From an uncultured Verrucomicrobiae bacterium (GTDB lineage: Bacteria; Verrucomicrobiota; Verrucomicrobiia; Limisphaerales; UBA11358): a stretch of 64,000 bases of DNA. The stretch lies in contig CAWACS010000027.1 of assembly GCA_963780535.1 (NCBI GenBank), forward strand, positions 451 through 64,450, given 5' to 3'. Both the position numbers and the translations under genes were made by a program. Positions within the stretch are counted from its first letter, which is position 1; every line of letters begins with the position of its first letter. Positions 9,459 through 16,538 of the stretch are shown here, piece after piece. Below the pieces are notes generated by a model. The model was not told the DNA's origin and ran no database searches. It worked only from the letters and a program-made list of their open reading frames with translations.

Positions 9459-9640
9459 TCACCCCTGCCGTCAGGCCCATTTTCCGCTGCGATTCGCTGC
9501 TGTTGGCGAGCGATAAGGCTTCGCAGCTTTCCAAATGATTTTGTCGGCAGGGTCTTCATGCCTTAGAGCTTTGCTTTCAATCGTTTAATTAAAGCGAGCG
9601 TCCGTGGGGCCGAGCGCCAGCACTTCAGCGCTCGCGCCGC
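9459..9640 (-). promoter_or_regulatory. CRISPR leader
   Basis: Non-coding stretch between the tracr region and the first repeat. Contains the inverted pair GCGAGCG (9594-9600)/CGCTCGC (9629-9635), a third GCGAGCG at 9506-9512, and an IHF-like TTTCAATCGTTTA at 9575-9587. Confidence 0.65.
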
Positions 9641-9644
9641 GTTA

Positions 9645-9732
9645 GCCGCAATCAGGCGCAGTCGTTCGCGATTTCAAAAATCATGCCTTTCCAATGGCGG
9701 AAGAAAGGTGGTCGGTGCCCGTAGGCAGGATT
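9645..9732 (-). ncRNA. Predicted tracrRNA (Cas12b type); ends approximate
   Basis: 27-nt anti-repeat at 9659-9685 pairs with the repeat. Stem CCUUUC/GAAAGG displays a loop UCCGCC complementary to the repeat 3' end GGCGG(A). 5' hairpin UGCC-UACG-GGCA at 9716-9727. Located between cas2 and the array. Confidence 0.8.
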
Positions 9733-9769
9733 ATTCAATGCCTTTCCCGAAAACTTGCAAGCCTGAAAA

Positions 9770-10060
9770 TCAAATAATCGTCACCCGCGAACGCACTTCG
9801 TAGGGCAGACCCATTGCTTCAATAATCAAGCTGGCGTCTTTTGAGGTCGCGCCTAGCGAGACGAACAACACCTGGTCCTCGTCGTGATTGAGCAAGTCCT
9901 GAAGTTCAGCCTTCAATTTGGCCAGACGCAAATCGTCCAGCGGACATTCAAAAACGGAGTATTGCAGCCGCACGCCAAAACCCTCCAGCGAGCGCGCCAC
10001 TTTTCGCAACCGTTTCGGGTCGCTGATGTCGTAGCTCACCAGATAGCGGAGCCGGCTCAT
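9770..10060 (-). CDS. cas2: CRISPR-associated endonuclease Cas2
   Basis: MSRLRYLVSYDISDPKRLRKV...G.RLQYSVFEC; the ATG at 10060 overlaps the cas1 stop (ATGA). Confidence 0.96.
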   Translation of the reverse strand: MSRLRYLVSYDISDPKRLRKVARSLEGFGVRLQYSVFECPLDDLRLAKLKAELQDLLNHDEDQVLFVSLGATSKDASLIIEAMGLPYEVRSRVTII

Positions 10061-11871
10061 CGTGTGGTGAATCCGTGGTAGGTCAACGCCTCGCCGCGCA
10101 CAAACCGCCACAACTGCCGCACCTGCACTTCGAGCATCCGGCGATACGCCATTTTGTAGCTAAATTCCGGGTGGCTGACTTCCGCGTCCAGCCGGCGAAA
10201 CCACGCTTCCCAAAACGGCCGGCGTCCCTTGTCCGTCAAAAAAGTTCCGTTGGCGCTGCTCATGAAATCTTCCGGGCCAAGCTCGCCGCGATTGATGAGG
10301 CTGATCGCCACGCTGTCGGCAACGAGCGGCCGAAATTCTTCCATCAAATCCAGCGCCAGGGCAGGGCGGCCATAGCGCGGTTGATGCATGAAACCGAGAA
10401 ACGGATCCAGCCCGACGGAATAGCAGACGCCGGTGAGTTCCTTCGCCAGCATCGAATAGCCGAGCGACAGGAGCGCATTCACCGGATCGCGCGGCGGACG
10501 GCGATTGCGTCCGCGCCAGTCAAATTTCCAGTCGTCGCGCTGTTTGAGCATGGACTCGAACTGCTCGAAATAAAGCGCCGCCGCGCTTCCTTCGATGCCA
10601 AGCAATTGCGTCAGGTCGCGCGCCGATTCGGTCGCATCACGAAAGCCCGACATCAAACTCAACACGCGTTCCGGCGCTTCACCATTGCGCATGAGCATCA
10701 CGCGCTGATTGTGGATTTTGGCGCGGATGACTTCGCGTGCGAGTTGCAATCGCACGCCGGGCAGTTCAAAAAGCCGATATTGTCCGCGCCGGGCATCAAC
10801 GCCGCTGGCGGGCAGCCCGCGTAACAAACCGATGAACCGGCCCGCCGGTGAAAAATAGGAAACATCAATGCCGAGTTCCAAACACGTCTCCGCTGCCTGT
10901 GCCGTCATTTGCACCGCGCCGTAACAATAAATCGCCCGCACCTGCTGGCCGGGAATTTTGCGCGCGTCCTCGCCTTTGACACTGACGATCAATTCATCAC
11001 CGCGCTGGCCGATTTGCGCGCCCGCCGTCTGCACCACCAGCACTTCGCCGTCGTCACCGTCGGGCCGGGGCGGTTGCAACGTGGGTTCTTTGTCAGTGGA
11101 TTCGGCAGCAAAATCCAATGCTTCCAAAATTTTATCTCGGAGATCATCTTCCGATTGGCCGGCGAAACCGAATTGAAGCTGCCCGTCTGACACGGCAACT
11201 TTCCGTCGTTTCGCCCACCAGTGTGATTCATTCGGCAGGCAGACGGGATAGGCGGAGCAACCAAGACACCGCGCGTCGTTTTTTAATGGTGGTGGACAGT
11301 GGCCGGAAGCGGCCAATGCTTTTGCGTCGGATATGGCCTGTCTGGTTTTGGACAATAAATCTTCGCCAATCTCCACCGGCACGCGCCGCTTGTCCGCCGC
11401 GTAGTAAATGATTGCTCCCGAAACTTTCACGCCGTGTTCCTGCAACAGCAGGGCGTAAGCGCCGACTTGAATGGATTCCGGCTCGCGCGCTTCGCGTTCG
11501 CCTTCGCTGGTGCGCCGGGCTGAGCCCTTTTTGTAATCCACGATTTGCGCGCCTTCCGGGCCACCCTCGACCAGATCCATCACGCCGACGATGCCCAGCG
11601 TCTCGCTTTCCAACCGCAAGCTGCGGAGCTTTGCGCCTTCGGGAAGATTTTCGGAAAGCGCCTTGGCCTTTTCTTCTTCCAGGCGCGAAGGCGCGTCCAC
11701 ATTCCGATGGACATGAGAACCGGCGACCGTGTCCGCACTTTCCTGAAAAATGTTTTCAACCCACTGGAAATAAAACAGGCGCGGACAATAAACGAAATTG
11801 TTGAGACGACGCACCGGCATCACCGGCTGACCCTCCATTCCGCCTTGAGTTTGAAGGCTCGCTTCGCTCAT
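10057..11871 (-). CDS. cas1: Cas4-Cas1 fusion protein
   Basis: N-terminal Cas4 (YCPR, DLVE..VDYKKG, CLGCSAYPVC Fe-S cysteines). C-terminal Cas1 (LGIEGSAAALYF, RNRRPPRDPVNALLSLGY, GLDPFLGFMH, LALDLMEEFRP). Confidence 0.96.
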   Translation of the reverse strand: MSEASLQTQGGMEGQPVMPVRRLNNFVYCPRLFYFQWVENIFQESADTVAGSHVHRNVDAPSRLEEEKAKALSENLPEGAKLRSLRLESETLGIVGVMDLVEGGPEGAQIVDYKKGSARRTSEGEREAREPESIQVGAYALLLQEHGVKVSGAIIYYAADKRRVPVEIGEDLLSKTRQAISDAKALAASGHCPPPLKNDARCLGCSAYPVCLPNESHWWAKRRKVAVSDGQLQFGFAGQSEDDLRDKILEALDFAAESTDKEPTLQPPRPDGDDGEVLVVQTAGAQIGQRGDELIVSVKGEDARKIPGQQVRAIYCYGAVQMTAQAAETCLELGIDVSYFSPAGRFIGLLRGLPASGVDARRGQYRLFELPGVRLQLAREVIRAKIHNQRVMLMRNGEAPERVLSLMSGFRDATESARDLTQLLGIEGSAAALYFEQFESMLKQRDDWKFDWRGRNRRPPRDPVNALLSLGYSMLAKELTGVCYSVGLDPFLGFMHQPRYGRPALALDLMEEFRPLVADSVAISLINRGELGPEDFMSSANGTFLTDKGRRPFWEAWFRRLDAEVSHPEFSYKMAYRRMLEVQVRQLWRFVRGEALTYHGFTTR

Positions 11872-11972
11872 CCACCGCCTCCCTTGGCCGGCTTGGTCAT
11901 TTGCGATTGGTCATCGGCTATCGCCGCGCCAGCGGCCAGCCCGGCGTTGACTTGAATCGGCGCTTCGCTCAT
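11868..11972 (-). CDS. Possible 34-aa small ORF translationally coupled to cas4-cas1
   Basis: MSEAPIQVNAGLAAGAAIADDQSQMTKPAKGGGG*. Fills the cas12b-cas1 gap and its TGA overlaps the cas1 ATG. Confidence 0.35.
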   Translation of the reverse strand: MSEAPIQVNAGLAAGAAIADDQSQMTKPAKGGGG

Positions 11973-11977
11973 GGCGG

Positions 11978-13224
11978 TTACATGGTTTTCGCCTTTTGAA
12001 TCCGGGCATTGTTGATTGCTTCAATCCGCCTTGTGCATTCCTGTTCGACTCGCTTGAGATAAGCGCCTTGAGGATACGCATAGAATTCATTCTCGCTTTG
12101 CTTGCATTTGAAAGCTTCCTTTTTTAGCCAATCATTTTCGGGCAACCAGTCATGTTCTGGATGCTCTACGAAGAACGGCGGATATTCCGATGATTGACCG
12201 GATTCTGAATCCGCGTTTTCACCGGAATTTGTTCCATCAGCTTTGGCCGCAGATTTCTTTTTTCCTTTTTTCCGGGTTTCAACCGGTGTGGATGATTGCA
12301 GATCAGCCGCAATCGCATCAGCACTCGCGGCCCGCATCAATCGTTCTTCCGCCGGGAGTTTTCCGAACCATCCGCGCCAATTTGTGACGCGCACTTCAGT
12401 TTCAGAAACTTTTTTCGTTCGCAGCCGGGGGAAGATGTCCCATCGTTGCGGGTCGGCGATTGCACGCAATCCGATGTTTCCCGCCGCCCCAATGTCCGCG
12501 TTGAAAGTATCCTTCCCGCCAAGCGGCGCGAGAACCGGCACGAAATCCGTTCCACCTTCAACCGCCAGCGCAAGTTTACCCGGATAGTCTTTATGGGCTT
12601 CAAATTGAGCCGCCAGTTTCTTGATGTCCTTCGCAAGCTGTGTTTCGCCGCCCAACTTTGTCTTGTCGTTCACCCATTTCGCATACGGATATTGCATTTC
12701 AAAGTCGCGCGGCACTTCATTCACCCGGACGCCGGGCAAGCCGGTTCTGGAATCGAAATGCGATGAAAACGCCGGGTCAACCAGCATCAGAGTGATTCCG
12801 AACGGGCGGCACATATCTTCCAGCTTTTCGATGATTGCACGGTGTGCCCACTGCATGAGACGGGAATTCTCCGAACGGGTGCGTTCCTGGCTCATCTTGT
12901 AGCGTTCCAAATTTTCCAAAACGATGACCGAGCAGCGCGGATACTCCTTGCCGTTTTTATCCTTGCGCCGCTTGTATTCTCCGTGCAAATCCACTTCGGC
13001 TTTTCGCGTCTTCTTGTCATGCACTTCCTCTGGACTTTTTAATTCCATGTATGCTTTCCTCAACGAGGACTTCGTAGGTGCGATAAAGTTCGTTTGCCAT
13101 ATTGGTTGCAGGGTTAATTCACGGCGTCCTGAAACAATTCGTGGTTCTGCCAGAGGACATTGATATCAAGTTCCTGTTGGTCGTCGAAAACCTTGCTGAC
13201 GCGGCCTTGGTAGATGCGATTCAT
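11978..13224 (-). pseudogene. cas12b: cas12b (C2c1) with large internal deletion: N-terminal 36 aa (13114-13224) plus C-terminal ~356 aa (11978-13048)
   Basis: N-piece MNRIYQGRV...VLWQNHELFQDAVN*. C-piece DLHGEY..VIVLENLERY..RTRSENSRLMQWAHR (RuvC-II), SSHFDSRTGLPG and NADIGAAGNIGLR (RuvC-III). The pieces are in different frames only ~66 bp apart. REC lobe, most of WED and RuvC-I are absent. Confidence 0.88.
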
Positions 13225-13358
13225 AAGTTTTGCCCTCGCGAACGGCCCGGAGGTTCGGGAAGTTCTAACGCCAGATTCCAGGAATGGCCAGCGGATTTTT
13301 TACGAGGCACCGGTGGTGATATCGCAATAAGTCGAGAGACGAGGGGCGAGGGCAAACA

Positions 13359-14240
13359 TCAAACAGCCGGCCGCCACGCGGGGATTTTCAAACGGCTGCG
13401 GCGGAGTTCGACTGAATCCACGCTGCGCCCCAGCCGCTGGGCAATGAATTTATCCGGCCTTGTGCCCAGAAGTTTATCCTCCTTGGACGTCCAAAGTTTG
13501 CGGATGCGCCCGGCCCGATTCGGGATGCCCAGTTCGCAGCGCCGCGCCCGTACTGCGATTTTCGTCCGGCCAATTTTCCTGGCAATTTCCTCGTCCAGTT
13601 TCGTGCCCAACAAGCTGTCTTCTTCCGGCCGCCAGGCCTGTGGACGGCATGGAGGAATGTGCAGTTTCAGGCGGCGTGCGGCAATTGCCTCGTAGCTTCG
13701 CTTGAATTGCGAAACGAGGTCCTTGTCGGGTACGGTGCCGAGCAAGTTGTCTTCCTGTGGAGTCCACGGACGAGAATCGGGGCCGAATCGGCGGACACCT
13801 ATTTGGCGGCGGCGCGCCGCGACGGCCTGAGACGTGCGACCGAGTTTCTGGGCGACAGCGGCGTCCAGCATCGTTCCCAGAAGCCGGTCCTCCCCAGGTT
13901 TCCAGCGTCTCATTTCCGGAGAATGCCTGATCGCCGGCTTGAGCGGCGGAATTTTTAACGCATTACGCCGGTAGTTTACCTGCGAGGCAGGACGACGAAG
14001 CCGGCGGCTGATTTCCAGGTCGGAATAGCGGCCCAGCATCCTGATTTCGTGCGCTGTCCATCGGCGCGGCGGTGTGGGCAGCCGGATACGCCGGCGTTCG
14101 CGTTCGGCCACGACTTCCTTGATGGTGCGGCCAAAGCGCCAGGCCAGAACGGAGTCAGGCTTTTTACCGAGCAACTTCAGTTCGGCAACGGTCCAAGGCA
14201 AGCCCGGACGCTTGATTCGTTTTCTTGTGGCGGCAGGCAT
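13359..14240 (-). CDS. Basic protein with six tandem HTH/Myb-like repeats
   Basis: Six ~44-52-aa units with consensus W(T)xxE(D)xLLGTxxDxx(I/V)AxxLGR(T/S)xxAVxxRRxxLxI. Confidence 0.75.
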   Translation of the reverse strand: MPAATRKRIKRPGLPWTVAELKLLGKKPDSVLAWRFGRTIKEVVAERERRRIRLPTPPRRWTAHEIRMLGRYSDLEISRRLRRPASQVNYRRNALKIPPLKPAIRHSPEMRRWKPGEDRLLGTMLDAAVAQKLGRTSQAVAARRRQIGVRRFGPDSRPWTPQEDNLLGTVPDKDLVSQFKRSYEAIAARRLKLHIPPCRPQAWRPEEDSLLGTKLDEEIARKIGRTKIAVRARRCELGIPNRAGRIRKLWTSKEDKLLGTRPDKFIAQRLGRSVDSVELRRSRLKIPAWRPAV

Positions 14241-14255
14241 GGCCTGAGGATGGGA

Positions 14256-14501
14256 TTATTCACAAAACATGCGGCGAAACAATTCTTCCGCGCGTTTGTG
14301 GCCTTCGTTGGTGAACACGACCGACTTGTTCTTGTTTTTCGGGTCGGCGATGAATCCTTTCTGGTGAAGCCGATCCAGGGTGTCCCAATCGTGCCCTTTC
14401 CACGCTCGCGTGACGGCAAATTCGTGTTTGCCTTCGGTGAAACTGGTGAGTACCAACAACGCCAGCACAGCATCATCTATCTTGTCGGGATTTGGTTTCA
14501 T
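14256..14501 (-). CDS. DUF6429 family protein (small winged-helix-like)
   Basis: DKIDDAVLALL...RAWKGHDWDTLDRLHQKGFIADPKNKNKSVVFTNEG signature. Confidence 0.8.
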   Translation of the reverse strand: MKPNPDKIDDAVLALLVLTSFTEGKHEFAVTRAWKGHDWDTLDRLHQKGFIADPKNKNKSVVFTNEGHKRAEELFRRMFCE

Positions 14502-14522
14502 GATTGCCTGATAGGGGGTTGC

Positions 14523-15347
14523 TCATTTCTGGTTCCCTAGTTCCACGCCCAGTTCGTAATTCAAAATTGAAAGACAGTAAATCGCCGCGGTCTCGACCCG
14601 CAGCACCAGCGGGCCAAGCGAGATGGGCTGCGCGCCGCCGGCCTGGATGGTTTCTAATTCGGCGGGTGTGAAATCGCCTTCGGGGCCAATCCAGACCGCA
14701 ACGCGGTGTGGCGGGCGTCCATGCCGGGCTTGAAATTCCTGAAAACATGCGCGGGGATGGCGGCGATCCGTTTGCAGCGAACCGACGAGGGACAATTCGA
14801 AGGCTGAAGGCTGAAGGCTGGAGGCTGAAGGCGAGGAGTCGGGGGTGGATTCGCTTCCGGCTTCCGGCTTCCGGCTGATAACTTCCGCGATGGTGGTCGG
14901 CGTTTCGATGATGGGCAGCCAGGCGGCGCCGCATTGTTTGATGGCTTCGATGGCGACCATCTGCCACTTGTCCCGCTTGTGGGTCAGGTCCTTTCCGCTG
15001 AGCTGGGTCAGCACGCGTTCGGTCAGCAGCGGCACGATGCGGTGCGCGCCCAGTTCCACGGATTTCTGGATGATGGACTCAATGATTTTTCCCCGGGGCA
15101 GAGCCTGCAGCAGCGTAATCGAGCCGGGCCGGGGGGGCAGGGATTTCTTTTGGACAACCCGAAGCGTCACCTCTTCACGCGAGACCCCGGCCACTTCGCA
15201 GATGAATTCATGACCGATGCCGTCCAGCACGACCACCGGTTCGCCGCGCTTGACCCGGAGCACGTGCGATGCGTGATGCGCCTCGCGCCCGTCCATCCGG
15301 AGCCTGTCGCCGGCACAGCGTTCAGGGGGCAGGTAAAAACGGTGCAT
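14523..15347 (-). CDS. rsmE: 16S rRNA m3U1498 methyltransferase RsmE
   Basis: HHASHVLRV, IQKSVELG, EAIKQCG, IGPEGDFT and SLGPLVLRVETA; follows dnaJ. Confidence 0.95.
   Translation of the reverse strand: MHRFYLPPERCAGDRLRMDGREAHHASHVLRVKRGEPVVVLDGIGHEFICEVAGVSREEVTLRVVQKKSLPPRPGSITLLQALPRGKIIESIIQKSVELGAHRIVPLLTERVLTQLSGKDLTHKRDKWQMVAIEAIKQCGAAWLPIIETPTTIAEVISRKPEAGSESTPDSSPSASSLQPSAFELSLVGSLQTDRRHPRACFQEFQARHGRPPHRVAVWIGPEGDFTPAELETIQAGGAQPISLGPLVLRVETAAIYCLSILNYELGVELGNQK
14799..14876. repeat. Heptamer tandem repeats inside rsmE
   Basis: (GAAGGCT)x~5 and (CTTCCGG)x3 encode the insertion RKPEAGSESTPDSSPSASSLQPSAF. Confidence 0.75.
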
Positions 15348-15413
15348 GAGTAAAGAGACGCGTGACGGGTGGCGGGTGACAAGAAAAAACTTTTACGCGT
15401 CACGCATCACTGG

Positions 15414-16535
15414 TCAGTGGAACAGTTTTTTGGCTTTTTCAAAAATACCTTGGTCAGTGGAGTTGGCCGCTTCATCGCTCAACGCGGCAAATTCCCGCAG
15501 TTTCGCCTTCTGTTCCAGAGTTAGCTGCGTGGGCACTTCCACCTGGATGCGCACGTGCAAATCGCCGTGGCCATAACCCTGCAAATTTTTCACGCCTTTG
15601 CCTTTGACCCGGAACGCCGCGCCCGGCTGCGTGCCGGCGGGGATTTTAATGCTCACCTTTTGGTCAAGGGTGGGAACTTCAATCTCCGCGCCCAGCGCCG
15701 CCTGGACGAAACTGACCGGTGCTTCGCAGAGCAAATCATCGCCTTCGCGCTGAAAAAATTCGTGCGGTTTGACGTGCAGGACGACATATAGATCACCCGC
15801 CGGACCGCCGCGAAAACCGGCCTCGCCGTTCCCCGAAGAGCGCAGACGCGATCCGGTGTCCACGCCGGGCGGAATGCGCAATTTAATTTCTGATGGATGT
15901 TCGTGCCGGCCGTCGCCGTGGCAGGTTTTACACGGTTTTTCAAGAATTTGCCCGGAGCCTTTGCAGTGCGGGCAGGTTTGCCGGAGGCTGATGAAACCGC
16001 GCGACATGAGCACCACGCCGTGCCCGCCGCAGGTCTGACAGGTGCGCGCCTTGGAACCGTGTTCCATGCCCGATCCGGCACAGCTTTTGCAGCAGACGGA
16101 TTTGGTGATGGAAATTTTCTTCTCGCAGCCGAGCGCCGCTTCTTCGAGGGCGATCTCCAGATCATAGCGCAAATCGTCGCCGCGCTGCGGTTGCGAGGGG
16201 TCATGCCGGCCGCCGAAGAATTCCTCAAAAATACTGCTGCCACTGAAGACCTCGCGGAAAATATCAAACGGATCGTGAAAACCGCCGCCGCGGCCGGCCC
16301 GGGTGCGGGGATCAAACGCGGCGTGGCCGTATTGATCGTAGGCGGCGCGCTTTTGCGGGTCGCTCAGCGCTTCGTAGGCCTCGCCGATTTCCTTGAACTT
16401 TTCCTCGGCGGACCTGTCCCCCGGATTCTTGTCCGGATGGAATTTTACCGCCAGCTTGCGGTAGGCTTTTTTGATGTCCTCGTCGCTGGCGGTGCGGTCA
16501 GCGCCCAGCACCTCGTAATAATCACGCTTGGCCAT
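15414..16535 (-). CDS. dnaJ: Chaperone DnaJ
   Basis: J domain with HPD, G/F region, four CxxCxGxG zinc motifs and C-terminal domain. Confidence 0.97.
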   Translation of the reverse strand: MAKRDYYEVLGADRTASDEDIKKAYRKLAVKFHPDKNPGDRSAEEKFKEIGEAYEALSDPQKRAAYDQYGHAAFDPRTRAGRGGGFHDPFDIFREVFSGSSIFEEFFGGRHDPSQPQRGDDLRYDLEIALEEAALGCEKKISITKSVCCKSCAGSGMEHGSKARTCQTCGGHGVVLMSRGFISLRQTCPHCKGSGQILEKPCKTCHGDGRHEHPSEIKLRIPPGVDTGSRLRSSGNGEAGFRGGPAGDLYVVLHVKPHEFFQREGDDLLCEAPVSFVQAALGAEIEVPTLDQKVSIKIPAGTQPGAAFRVKGKGVKNLQGYGHGDLHVRIQVEVPTQLTLEQKAKLREFAALSDEAANSTDQGIFEKAKKLFH

Positions 16536-16538
16536 GGT

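Noticed and set aside
9025-9534. Short ORFs with ASVGANSGIVRR repeats
   Set aside because: These are translations of the CRISPR repeats.
9069-11871. Type I-G assignment (Cas4-Cas1 fusion, repeat ending TGAAGC on +)
   Set aside because: No cas3, csb or csx genes are present; the adjacent cas12b remnant and tracrRNA indicate V-B.
11978-13063. 361-aa ORF as a novel miniature Cas12 or TnpB effector
   Set aside because: It lacks RuvC-I and all guide-binding domains, and the matching Cas12b N-terminus lies just upstream in another frame. It is a fragment, not a compact nuclease.
13017-13100. MANELYRTYEV... as the true cas12b start
   Set aside because: The ORF at 13224 (MNRIYQGRV...LWQNHELFQ) matches the Cas12b N-terminus much better.
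13269-13294. CGCCAGATTCCAGGAATGGCCAGCGG as the anti-repeat
   Set aside because: Only about 7 contiguous matches and it is self-palindromic; the 9659-9685 candidate is far stronger and correctly placed.
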